A DNA stretch of 64,000 nt from Candidatus Altimarinota bacterium (GTDB taxonomy: Bacteria; Patescibacteriota; Gracilibacteria; JBDHUY01). Shown piece by piece: positions 14,652 to 24,245 of this stretch. Location: the NCBI GenBank assembly GCA_039809385.1, contig JBDHUY010000001.1:134757-198756 (forward strand), read 5' to 3'. Position numbers and translations under genes: made by a program. The notes beneath the pieces were generated by a model that was not told the DNA's origin, did not search any database, and was given only the letters and a program-made list of their open reading frames with translations. Position 1 is the stretch's first letter; every line of letters begins with the position of its first letter.

Positions 14652-17600
14652 ATGGATTTCCGAAAACGAATGAGCGCCTTGATGCTCGTCATGATCCTGG
14701 CAAATACACTAAATATTCCTTTGCTCGTCCATGCCGCCGAGAATGAAAAAGCAGCTGAATCGACCAGCGACAGCAACGATACCAGCACCGGCAGTGGCAC
14801 AAGCATCGCAGCTGAAACTACTACTTCGGGTATTCAAAGCGATAACGGAGAAATCCAGACAGATAAAGACAGAGATTCTCTCCCCGCAGAGAATGTCCCG
14901 GAAGAAAAAGTTACAGTACCGGAAATAAACGCCCTCCGGGCGACCGAGACCGTGACACCTCCGTATTTGTTCGCTTCCTCGCAGGCTCCTGCAAACAATA
15001 CCAAGAATGGGTTAAAAGGCTTGAAAGGAACTTTTCAGACCGATCTCTTTACCGGTGGCGGTTCGTTCAGCTACCCGCTCGACGTAATTCCCGGTCGCGG
15101 TGGTATGACACCCAGCGTAGTTCTGGGATACTCCACGCAAAATACGCGTCAGGATAGTCTGGTCGGCTACGGCTGGGATATCAATTCGTCGTTTATCGTA
15201 CGGAGCGGCAATAAAGGAACCGATAAACTCTATTCCGAAAACAGTTTTACCGCATCCCTGTTCGGATTAACCGAAGAGTTAGTCCTGACCAATGCCGCAA
15301 CCGGGGAGTTCCGTCCCAAAGTAGAAGGATCGTTCCGGGTTTATACTTTTACCAATGGCACATGGACGGCACGCGACAAAACTGGAACCCAGTATATTTT
15401 CGGATCGACTGCCAATAGCCAGCAAGGGAATCCCGCTGATCCCACAAAAATATACAAATGGATGCTGGAAAAAGTTATGGATACGAACGGAAATTACATG
15501 AGTTTTTCTTATACCAAAGACCAGAACCAGATCTATCCTGATGCGATCCGTTATACCGGCAACGGCACCGATCCGGGGATCTTTGAAGTGCGTTTTACAT
15601 TGGAAAATCGCCCTGTCGTAGTACAGAACGCGATTCCGGGCTTTATGATAACCACGACGAAGAGAATGAAACAGGTGGACATGCGCCTCAACACTACCAG
15701 CAGCTATCAAACCGCCTATAGCTTTATATTCAATTATAATGATGGAGGAATAATAAAAAACCTGCTCACTTCCGTGGTACAGAGCAGCGGGTCCCAAAAT
15801 ATTCCTCCCTTGGCATTTGGGTACACGAGCGGAACCGAAAGCCCGATCCAGCTACCGAACCTCCTAAAATCGATTCAAACTCCCTACGGCGGGCAGACCA
15901 GTATCGTCTATCAATCCTCGAAGCAGGCCTTCAATGGTAACACGCCGCTTAATCCCAAATTGTTTCTCCAGATCAATACGGTAAAAAGCATCACCCAAAA
16001 GAACAGTCCGTCGGATTCGCCGAAAGTCACGAATTATACCTATAAAAACGGGCATTACTTTTTTGAAATGCTCGACAGTTACAAACGCGAATATGCCGGG
16101 TTCGGACAAGTAACTGTCACCGATCCGCTGGGACAAATCCAACAATTGTACTTTCACCAGAGCGAAAAAGACAGTACGAATCCTTCCACCGGCCCACTAG
16201 GAGAATTTCAAGACCATTTGAGCAAAAAAGGTCGTATCTATCGGCAGGAAACTTTAGATGGGAGCGGGAATATGTATCGGATCATCCTGAGCAAATGGGA
16301 CCGCTCCGACCTGGGAAACGGCAGAAGCTTTCCATTTCTCAGTCAGGCAGTCACGATGCAATACGACGGCGGGAGTACTCACAATGATACGGCAGTCAGT
16401 TACGCGTACGATCAGTACGGGAACATTACCAGCGAGAAGAACTGGGGAGAAGTTACGGCGAACAATGACGGAACATTCAGCGACATCGGATCGGACACGG
16501 TAATAAAAGAAAACCTCTATGCTCAAAGTAGCACCGGGTATATTACGGCCCTGCCGCAACAGGTCACGCTGAAAGACGGCAGCGGTACGCAGCTTCAGCA
16601 GCAGCGCATCTTTTATGATAATCTGCCGCTCGGGCAGGTAGCCAAGGGCAATATGACCAAACAGGAAGAATGGCTCAATCCTGGCAATCGCTTTATCGCT
16701 GCGAAACAACAAACGTTTAATATATTCGGCCTTGTTACCGCAACCACTGATCCCCGCGGCAAGACCAGCACGCTAGCCTACGATACCTATAATCTCTATG
16801 CGGCTATTACCACCAACCCGCTGGGACATACGACGACCGGAAGTTATGATTATGCTTCCGGTCAGGCCAAAGAGACGATCGATCCGAACGGCGTAAAAAC
16901 CACCAACCAGTATGATCCGTTCGGCCGGCTGGTCGAAACAAAGATTACCGATCCGGCCAATACAGCTGCCCAGAAGACCAGCAAAACCATCCGATATTTC
17001 GACCTTGAACAACCGGTGCGTGTAGTAGAAACCGATTTTAACGGACAAACCGGAAATACCGGGAAACAGGAGATACGCTTCTTTGACGGAGTCGGACAAC
17101 TGATGCAAACCCGCAGAACCGCCGAGGGCAACAATACCTATATCGTAAAATCCATTATTTACGATCAGAAAAACCGTGTTTCCAAAGAGCTTTTACCCGT
17201 CTTTGGAACCGGAGCAAGCTTTACGGCTCCCGATAACAACGGAGCCGGCAACATGATGAGCTATGACGTGCTTGACCGGACCAAAGCGGTCACCAATACG
17301 CTCGGTAGCACCACAACATTGTACGACAAATGGACTAAAACCGTCACCGACGCGAACGGTCATTCGAGAAAGTTTGTCTACGACGCCTACCAAAACCTGA
17401 TCCGCGTGGAAGATACGAACGGATCTCAAACGTACAGCACGCGCTACGATTACGATGCCCTGAAGCATCTGAGAAAGATCACCGACGCCGAAAGCAATAT
17501 CCGCACCTTCAGCTACGATTCTCTCTCTCGATTGCTGAATCAGGATATGTTACATCCTTCTACTGCAGTCAATGTGGGCAGCTGGAACTACACGTACGAC

Positions 17601-19724
17601 GACGGAGGAAATTTGACCGCTCGTACCGATCCGGAGAACCGGGTCGTGAATTATAGCTATGATGATCTAAACCGCCTGCTGACTGAAGACTTTGCGGGCA
17701 ATGGCGAAATCGAAGTAAAAAATGACTACGACGACCGCCCAAATGCCAAAGGAAAGCTGATCAGGGTCACCCTACCCGGCTATGTGATCGGATTGCTGTA
17801 CGATCCGCTCGGTCGCGTAACGTCGCGGTATGATGTTTTGGACGGCGTCAATTATAGTACGAATACGTCGTACGACCTGCTGGGAAATACGCTCAGTATC
17901 ACGTACCCCAATAGCAAAACCGTGACCTATGAGTATAACAACGCCTATCAGATCAATGCTATAGCTCTGGCCCCCGGTTCGACGCTGGTATCCAACATCG
18001 ACTATTCGCCGCTCGACATGATCAGCCGGATCGATATGGGTAACGGAGCTACTACGATAAACACGTACGATATCGCAAAGCTGTATCGGCTGACGAATAA
18101 GAAAACCACCAAAGAAGCAACCATTCTGCAAGACCTCTCCTACACCTACGATCCGGTAGGAAATCTTTTGGCTATCGCCGAAAATGCGCCCACCGCCGCC
18201 AAAAGAAACGCGACGTACACGTATGACGATCTGGACCGGCTGCTGAGCGCTACGATTACCAACACGAACAATAACACGAATGTTTCTCAAACGTTCAGCT
18301 ATAGCCCGGGCGGCAATATTCTCTCCAATTCGTTGTTGGGCAATTATGTCTATGACGGAGCTAATAATGCCAATCCCCAGGCTGTAACGCGCGTCGGCAA
18401 CGACCGCACGTATGCGTATGATAAAAACGGCAATGTGGTTGCCATAGGCAAAGCAGGCGTCAATCAGAATCTGAGCTACGATTACCGCAACAATCTCAGC
18501 CAGTCGGTCAAAGGAACCGCGGTGACGAAGTATGCTTACGATCAGGGTTTTAATCGAATCAAAAAATGGAGTTCGGGGAGCAATGCGTTACAGGTATATT
18601 TAGGAGACTACGAAATCGAAGGAACGGCGAATAGTTCGGGAGTACTGACTGGTACAACTCTGCAGCGGATCAATGTTCCCTTGGGCAAAGGACAGGGAGT
18701 ATCGATCGAGACGACGATTACGGGGAATATCACCGCTCCGATTTATCATCATACCGATCATTTGACCGGATCGAGCGTCGATACGGATCAGAATGGGTAT
18801 ATGCTCGAGGTGCAGGATTATCTGCCTTTCGGTTCGCAACGGGTCGACCAGCGCTTTCAGTCGTACGCAAACAAGAAAAAATTTACCGGAAAAGAGCTGG
18901 ATAGCGAAAACGGACTGTACTACTATGGAGCGCGGTACTATGATAGTGACATAGGGCGCTTCATGGGGGTCGATCCGGCAGTATTTTTCCATGACAAGTT
19001 TGCCGATCTGCTGGTAAATCCGCAGCTGCTCAACAACTACAGCTATGTCGCCAACAATCCGCTAAAGTATGTTGATCCGGATGGACAATTCTTACAACTC
19101 CTGGCAGCTCTTGTATCAGTTGTAGTCACGGCAATCGATGTGCTGACGACTTTCTTTAGTGGAATTCCGATTGCCAATGCGCCGGGACCGGAAGGTCCGG
19201 TCACTGCGGCAACTGCAGCTCCGGCCCGAGACGGCTTGAACGGCGAGATTGTGGATATGGCAGTAGGAGCAGTTGTGGGCGGAGTAATTGGGAAAGGGCT
19301 CGGTGCAGGGATTGAATATGTTGGAGGGAAACTTTTAGGAAAGGCGGGAGAAGAAGCAATCCAGTCAACGACTTCCACTGTACGACAAGGTATTGACGAC
19401 GCGATAAATGCCGATATTCCTAAAGTTAGTGGTGATGTGTTACCAACTAATGTTCAAAATACAGTTTCTCAACTAAAAAGTAACGGTTACGAATCATTGC
19501 AGGGATATAAAGGAAAAGAGGTATTTGAAAATAGAGAAGGCTTGCTTCCTTTGCAAAAACCAAACTATTATACAGAATTTGATGTAAAACCATTGACCAC
19601 CGGCTCTGATCGAGGATTAGACAGGATTGTAGTAGGAGGGCAGGGAGAAACTACTTTCTTTACTAATACACACTATGGTACTGTTCCAAATGGAATTGAT
19701 CCACCATTTTACCAAATAAAATAG
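14652..19724 (+). CDS. SpvB/TcB-like plus RHS/YD-repeat polymorphic toxin with C-terminal barnase/RNase Sa-like domain
   Basis: Signal peptide; SpvB-like TGGGSFSYPLDVIPGRGGMTP..GYGW; EYAGFGQVTVTDP; many YD repeats; RHS core FTGKELDSENGLYYYGARYYD...NNPLKYVDPDG; tip FENREGLLP..YYTEFDV..RGLDRIVVG..TNTHY. Confidence 0.92.
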   Translation: MDFRKRMSALMLVMILANTLNIPLLVHAAENEKAAESTSDSNDTSTGSGTSIAAETTTSGIQSDNGEIQTDKDRDSLPAENVPEEKVTVPEINALRATETVTPPYLFASSQAPANNTKNGLKGLKGTFQTDLFTGGGSFSYPLDVIPGRGGMTPSVVLGYSTQNTRQDSLVGYGWDINSSFIVRSGNKGTDKLYSENSFTASLFGLTEELVLTNAATGEFRPKVEGSFRVYTFTNGTWTARDKTGTQYIFGSTANSQQGNPADPTKIYKWMLEKVMDTNGNYMSFSYTKDQNQIYPDAIRYTGNGTDPGIFEVRFTLENRPVVVQNAIPGFMITTTKRMKQVDMRLNTTSSYQTAYSFIFNYNDGGIIKNLLTSVVQSSGSQNIPPLAFGYTSGTESPIQLPNLLKSIQTPYGGQTSIVYQSSKQAFNGNTPLNPKLFLQINTVKSITQKNSPSDSPKVTNYTYKNGHYFFEMLDSYKREYAGFGQVTVTDPLGQIQQLYFHQSEKDSTNPSTGPLGEFQDHLSKKGRIYRQETLDGSGNMYRIILSKWDRSDLGNGRSFPFLSQAVTMQYDGGSTHNDTAVSYAYDQYGNITSEKNWGEVTANNDGTFSDIGSDTVIKENLYAQSSTGYITALPQQVTLKDGSGTQLQQQRIFYDNLPLGQVAKGNMTKQEEWLNPGNRFIAAKQQTFNIFGLVTATTDPRGKTSTLAYDTYNLYAAITTNPLGHTTTGSYDYASGQAKETIDPNGVKTTNQYDPFGRLVETKITDPANTAAQKTSKTIRYFDLEQPVRVVETDFNGQTGNTGKQEIRFFDGVGQLMQTRRTAEGNNTYIVKSIIYDQKNRVSKELLPVFGTGASFTAPDNNGAGNMMSYDVLDRTKAVTNTLGSTTTLYDKWTKTVTDANGHSRKFVYDAYQNLIRVEDTNGSQTYSTRYDYDALKHLRKITDAESNIRTFSYDSLSRLLNQDMLHPSTAVNVGSWNYTYDDGGNLTARTDPENRVVNYSYDDLNRLLTEDFAGNGEIEVKNDYDDRPNAKGKLIRVTLPGYVIGLLYDPLGRVTSRYDVLDGVNYSTNTSYDLLGNTLSITYPNSKTVTYEYNNAYQINAIALAPGSTLVSNIDYSPLDMISRIDMGNGATTINTYDIAKLYRLTNKKTTKEATILQDLSYTYDPVGNLLAIAENAPTAAKRNATYTYDDLDRLLSATITNTNNNTNVSQTFSYSPGGNILSNSLLGNYVYDGANNANPQAVTRVGNDRTYAYDKNGNVVAIGKAGVNQNLSYDYRNNLSQSVKGTAVTKYAYDQGFNRIKKWSSGSNALQVYLGDYEIEGTANSSGVLTGTTLQRINVPLGKGQGVSIETTITGNITAPIYHHTDHLTGSSVDTDQNGYMLEVQDYLPFGSQRVDQRFQSYANKKKFTGKELDSENGLYYYGARYYDSDIGRFMGVDPAVFFHDKFADLLVNPQLLNNYSYVANNPLKYVDPDGQFLQLLAALVSVVVTAIDVLTTFFSGIPIANAPGPEGPVTAATAAPARDGLNGEIVDMAVGAVVGGVIGKGLGAGIEYVGGKLLGKAGEEAIQSTTSTVRQGIDDAINADIPKVSGDVLPTNVQNTVSQLKSNGYESLQGYKGKEVFENREGLLPLQKPNYYTEFDVKPLTTGSDRGLDRIVVGGQGETTFFTNTHYGTVPNGIDPPFYQIK

Positions 19725-19744
19725 TACTACTTAGAAATTAAATT

Positions 19745-20299
19745 ATGATACCTTTCAACCGTAGAGAAGTTGTCTTCCAAAAACATTTAGATTTCGATCT
19801 TATAAGGGATGGCAGTTGTATCTTGTATCATAAAAAAGATTACTTAGACAAGGATAAAAACTGGCTGTCACAAAAAGGCTATGAAGTATATGAATTTCAT
19901 TGCCATCAGTGGAAAGATCGACATACCATGCATACAGACTTGCAAGATAAATTGCAGTTTCCCTATTACGGGATGAACCTCGATGCTCTAAATGATAGTC
20001 TTAAGAACCGAGAAACAGTGGAAAACTCTACAGGTTTAATCTTAATCTTTTATCAGTTTGATTCTTATATGTCTAAAGATGAGGAATATTCCTTAAATTT
20101 ATTAGACGTATTAAACAATTGCTCACGATATTTTCTTCTATTTGGAGAAAAGCTTCTTGTCTTGATACAAGTCGATAATAGAGCCCTGGAAATATATCCC
20201 ATATCCTTCAATGGGGTAATCTGGAATTTTAATGAGAGATTTGCAAAAAGCAGAGGAATTCCTCAAGAAAAAATGCAAGTGATTGGAAAAAAAATCTGA
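19745..20299 (+). CDS. Barstar-family immunity protein
   Basis: LQFPYYGMNLDALNDSL barstar motif, immediately downstream of the RNase toxin. Confidence 0.88.
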   Translation: MIPFNRREVVFQKHLDFDLIRDGSCILYHKKDYLDKDKNWLSQKGYEVYEFHCHQWKDRHTMHTDLQDKLQFPYYGMNLDALNDSLKNRETVENSTGLILIFYQFDSYMSKDEEYSLNLLDVLNNCSRYFLLFGEKLLVLIQVDNRALEIYPISFNGVIWNFNERFAKSRGIPQEKMQVIGKKI

Positions 20300-20361
20300 A
20301 GAATAAGAAAGTAAGACTATTATCACGAAAGTTAGGGAGTTAGCAGATAGTTCATCCGAGC

Positions 20362-20856
20362 ATGAGACATCCGATCGCCCCGGAAGAAAAAAGTACGGGC
20401 TTTGCTCTGGGTGAGGCGGTGGGAAACGGGATTGGTTTTGGAGTTGGTGTTGCGGAAGCGGTTGGAGGAGGGTTAGTAATCGCAGGAAGTGTGGCCGGAG
20501 CAGGAGCGCTCTCGGCGGGAAGCGAGGCTCTCGCGGTTGGTGTAGTCACGGCAGGGGTAGGAGTAGGGGCTTTAGGAGTACAACAAGGTACGGGAATTGC
20601 GCAGTATTCGACTAAGAAGGCGTTGAGTGGGGGTGATGAACCAGAAGATATAACCAAGAAGAGCGATTGGAAACGAGCGAATGAACATCAAATTGAAACG
20701 TTGAAAGAAAAAGGATTTAATGCACATGATCCTCAATGGAAGGTAGGGAAATCAAAACAAGATGTATTCATTGATAAAAAAGGTAATGTAGGATTGGGCC
20801 CCAGAAAAGGTTCAGGAGAAATCGATCCCCTAGAAATAAATATTTATAATGAATAA
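20362..20856 (+). CDS. Orphan polymorphic toxin C-terminal module (Ntox33-like)
   Basis: Gly/Ala/Val-rich pre-toxin linker followed by a basic tip LKEKGFNAH...DVFIDKKGNV...KGSGE; no RHS core. Confidence 0.65.
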   Translation: MRHPIAPEEKSTGFALGEAVGNGIGFGVGVAEAVGGGLVIAGSVAGAGALSAGSEALAVGVVTAGVGVGALGVQQGTGIAQYSTKKALSGGDEPEDITKKSDWKRANEHQIETLKEKGFNAHDPQWKVGKSKQDVFIDKKGNVGLGPRKGSGEIDPLEINIYNE

Positions 20857-20864
20857 GAACATTT

Positions 20865-21290
20865 ATGACTCCCTATGTTAATGTATTTCTCAATATCCTC
20901 TCAGATACAAAGTCACCAGAAGAAATATCGGATTTCTTAGGAATAACATGCGATGAACTTAAGAGAAAAGGAGAACCAATTCCTCTCACAAATCCTCAAA
21001 AGTTATATGAGATACACAAATGGCGTATAAATTCCAACTTAGATGAGTCACACTTGGATGTTATTGATCATATAAAAGACTTATTGCATAAAATTCCTGA
21101 CACGATTACTGGGAAAATAAAAGAGCTATCAAAAGACCATGAAGTATATCTCACGATAGGTTCGGTATCTCACGAAAGCCATCCTTACTTGTTTTTTGAA
21201 GCAGACATGATCCAAAAAATTGCCGACATGGGAGCAATATTAGACCTTGATTTATACATCTTTCCCCAAAACGAGGACGAATCTTCTTAG
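20865..21290 (+). CDS. DUF4279-like protein, probable immunity protein
   Basis: SPEEISDFLGITCD..KRKGE..W...; C-terminal IQKIADMGAILDLDLY; 8 nt after the orphan toxin. Confidence 0.7.
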   Translation: MTPYVNVFLNILSDTKSPEEISDFLGITCDELKRKGEPIPLTNPQKLYEIHKWRINSNLDESHLDVIDHIKDLLHKIPDTITGKIKELSKDHEVYLTIGSVSHESHPYLFFEADMIQKIADMGAILDLDLYIFPQNEDESS

Positions 21291-21395
21291 CAAATCATAG
21301 CAGTACAATACGCTACGATAAGATCAGATATCCTGACCTCATTCTCATCATTCACTGATAGCTGGTGTGAATCTGAATATAGATAAAAATGATGA

Positions 21396-22001
21396 ATGCC
21401 TCGGTATCGAAGTTTACTAATGGAATATAACAATTCTTTCATCACTGTAGGTTTCGATATTAGAGAAAGGTACTTTTCTGGAGGTGAAAATTATACTTTT
21501 GGAAAAGGAGAATTCGTAACTATGGACACAAGTCTATGTGAAAGATACGAGAAAAGTATTATTTGGCACTATGAAAATAACCAAAGTTATCCCTTAGAAT
21601 TTCATCCCGCATATGAAGAATTAAAATCGATATATGGGAATCTTACCCCGGCTGAGAAAAAAATATTCACACTCTACGCGTTTGAGATTTATAGCAAAGA
21701 CATGTCAATCGTAAAGAGAATGGTTGGAAGTAAAGAGATTCCCTTATACCAATGGGCTCTCACAAGAAACCTGGGGCTTTTGGCTGCACAAGAATGGCAA
21801 TTCCAGGGATACGATGTATGTGGGGCAGCCATAGAAGTATCAGCTGTGACAAATTGTGCATATAAAAAAGAGGAGATTGAAAAACTTGGAAAACTGAACA
21901 AAAACTTTCTTTTGGAAGAATTACATGGAGCTGTTGCTTTTCAAGAATTTGCAAATAAGGATGCGATAGAACATGCACCTTTTGTCATCTGGAAAATATA
22001 G
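21396..22001 (+). CDS. Hypothetical AT-rich protein, possible orphan immunity gene
   Basis: 201-aa ORF at the end of the toxin cassette; GYDV...SAVTNC; family not recognised. Confidence 0.5.
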   Translation: MPRYRSLLMEYNNSFITVGFDIRERYFSGGENYTFGKGEFVTMDTSLCERYEKSIIWHYENNQSYPLEFHPAYEELKSIYGNLTPAEKKIFTLYAFEIYSKDMSIVKRMVGSKEIPLYQWALTRNLGLLAAQEWQFQGYDVCGAAIEVSAVTNCAYKKEEIEKLGKLNKNFLLEELHGAVAFQEFANKDAIEHAPFVIWKI

Positions 22002-22304
22002 CTGAATCAATATAGGATGTCGTAAAAATAGTACTATTTCATTTCATTAGAGATCGGCATTAAGCGGTAAGACGAGGTGATAAAGTAATGAGGCACTATG
22101 GCAAGTTATTACAAGTTAGCTATATACAAACGTAAGGAGAATCTCTCATCGGAATCGAGAAATTCCGTGAATTGACAGTACAAAAAGAAAAGTCCACAAT
22201 ACAAAAAAGTCGATTCGTACGAACAGATACGTATGCTCAAGAATCGACGATAGGCTTATTTTCTTTACTACGTCTATGGAACACCTTCGAAGCTCGGGGA
22301 TCGA

Positions 22305-23135
22305 TTGGCAGGATTTCATGCACCCAACTGGCAAACGCAACTGAAAGAAGAAAAAGTCTTCGAGCAATTGTCCGAAAAAATCTTCACCCGGATCCCCTAC
22401 CCGCGCGAAATGGCGGAATTTATCGGGGCAGCCGCACCGTGGAAAGAATTCTGCGCCCTTCGCATAGACGAGAAAAATCTAACCCATTTTCCCGAAACAC
22501 CCGAAGGCAAAGAACCGGGCTACCAGCGGAGAGAGCGCAAAGCCGGCCGCGACGAAAAAGAATTTTTCCACTTCAACCGCAATTACATAAAAACGTTCGC
22601 CGAATCCGGCAGAGCCAAGATAGCCGGCATTCGGGCCTTTCACGACTTCGCAGACGAACTTTTACAAATTAGTGGCGACTACATCCTCTCCATTGCTCAT
22701 TCCATGCGAGACAGCATACCCGCATTATACGAAAACCTCGAAGCGCGTGAACTGACCCTGCGCTTTTTGCACTATATTCCCAGCCAGGACGCTCCCCATA
22801 TATTGGCCGATCCGCACTTTGACCGTTCGGGCTTTACGCTCCATCTGTATGAAAACTATCCCGGAGCCCAGTATCTGGACTGGGATAACACCTGGAAAGA
22901 GCTGCCGATCGATACCGGCAAAACCGTGGCTTTCGGCGCCTACCAGATGGGAGTACTCACCCGCAACAAAATTCAGCCGCTCTGGCACCAGGTGGTTTCG
23001 CGTCCCGACCTGGCGACACTACACGGAGATCGCTACGCTATCGTACTCTTCAGCAGTCTTCCTGAGGTCGAACCGTTTCCCAAAGATATCCGTACTCAGG
23101 ATCTCCTACCAGGCTATCTGCCGAAAGTGGACTGA
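22305..23135 (+). CDS. 2-oxoglutarate/Fe(II)-dependent oxygenase (isopenicillin N synthase-like); start uncertain
   Basis: KEFFHF, LRFLHY, HxD (PHFDRSGFTL), distal His (PLWHQVV), RYAIVLF. Confidence 0.85.
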   Translation: MAGFHAPNWQTQLKEEKVFEQLSEKIFTRIPYPREMAEFIGAAAPWKEFCALRIDEKNLTHFPETPEGKEPGYQRRERKAGRDEKEFFHFNRNYIKTFAESGRAKIAGIRAFHDFADELLQISGDYILSIAHSMRDSIPALYENLEARELTLRFLHYIPSQDAPHILADPHFDRSGFTLHLYENYPGAQYLDWDNTWKELPIDTGKTVAFGAYQMGVLTRNKIQPLWHQVVSRPDLATLHGDRYAIVLFSSLPEVEPFPKDIRTQDLLPGYLPKVD

Positions 23136-23292
23136 AGCATCCAGGCTGGTTCAAAAACATTTTTCAAACATAGCAAAAAGGAATCGTTTTTCAATAAGGT
23201 GAAAATAGAGACAAATATTCAACAGTTATTTACTATTTCATATAATTATACTACAATTTATATGATTTTTTATAGTAACATTATTAAATTCT

Positions 23293-23514
23293 ATGTCACT
23301 GATTCAAGTAAGTGTGGATGAAAAAGTCAAAAAAGCTATACAGAAGAAAGCCGATAAGTACGGCGTTCCGGCCAGTTCTCTGATCAAGATAGTCCTTGTC
23401 AAAGCTTTTTTGACAGAAGACCACGAATCGTTTAAAGCTGGAAACATATTTAATGCCGACAGAGACAATCATGGCCAGAGGCTTAGTATTGACGATCTTA
23501 TCTCAGCCTTGTAA
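23293..23514 (+). CDS. Ribbon-helix-helix antitoxin
   Basis: LIQVSVDEKVKKAIQKKADKYGVPASSLIK; directly upstream of a RelE-like toxin. Confidence 0.7.
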   Translation: MSLIQVSVDEKVKKAIQKKADKYGVPASSLIKIVLVKAFLTEDHESFKAGNIFNADRDNHGQRLSIDDLISAL

Positions 23515-23524
23515 AAAAGAGTAT

Positions 23525-23761
23525 ATGCCGGATAAACTCGTAAAGTTTTTGCGTTCACCGGAAGCCCCGCTTCGTGAAAAGCTGAAAAACAGACTGGAAG
23601 CGTTAAAACAATCGCCGTTTGCCGGACAGGATATAAAAAAGCTGAAAGGATCTTTATCTCATCAGTATCGTTTACGGGTAGGGAAGATCCGGATCATTTA
23701 TGAAGTAAAAGACGGAGAAGTGAGCATCATCGACATAGACTTTCGAGGGAATATTGATTAG
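23525..23761 (+). CDS. RelE/ParE-family toxin
   Basis: DIKKLKG...YRLRVGKIRIIYE...IDIDFRGNI; probable start ATG 23525. Confidence 0.85.
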   Translation: MPDKLVKFLRSPEAPLREKLKNRLEALKQSPFAGQDIKKLKGSLSHQYRLRVGKIRIIYEVKDGEVSIIDIDFRGNID

Positions 23762-23837
23762 AGAAACAAAAAGAATCAGATAAAAAAGTTTAACGTATAC
23801 AGCAAACTTGGTAGAATAGGTGCTACAAACCTTCCTT

Positions 23838-24212
23838 ATGCGCATAAAATCTTTCTTCAATACTAGTTTCGCTTTCCTGTACGGGTTTCTGCTACCTACG
23901 ACCTCGTGGGCTCAAACCAGCACCGAGGGGAACGGGGTACTGCCAAAACAATCGTGCATCAACGACGGTTCGTGCGGACTGCAAGATATTCCGTTTTTCA
24001 TTTACTATTTTGTAAACTTTTTGATCGGCATTGCCGGAACGCTGGCAGTTCTGATGCTGATGTACGGCGGATACCAGTATATCGTAGGCGGAATTGTCGA
24101 AGACCAGAAAGCCAAGGCGAAAAAAACTATTACGTACGCCGTAGCGGGATTGATCGTGAGCTCCCTGGCATGGGTCATCATAAACGTTTTGCAAACGACC
24201 CTGGCCGGTTAA
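23838..24212 (+). CDS. CPR-type small pilin (TrbC/VirB2-like)
   Basis: Signal region, Cys pair, two hydrophobic helices with LMYGGYQYI...AKAKKTITYAVAGLIV. Confidence 0.75.
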   Translation: MRIKSFFNTSFAFLYGFLLPTTSWAQTSTEGNGVLPKQSCINDGSCGLQDIPFFIYYFVNFLIGIAGTLAVLMLMYGGYQYIVGGIVEDQKAKAKKTITYAVAGLIVSSLAWVIINVLQTTLAG

Positions 24213-24245
24213 ACACACATCTTTGCTTCTTCATCTTTTTTTCCT

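Noticed and set aside
22276-22344. Possible frameshifted start of the 2OG-Fe(II) oxygenase (ATG 22276 in another frame)
   Set aside because: No slippery site or homology evidence is visible; cannot be distinguished from a TTG start at 22305.
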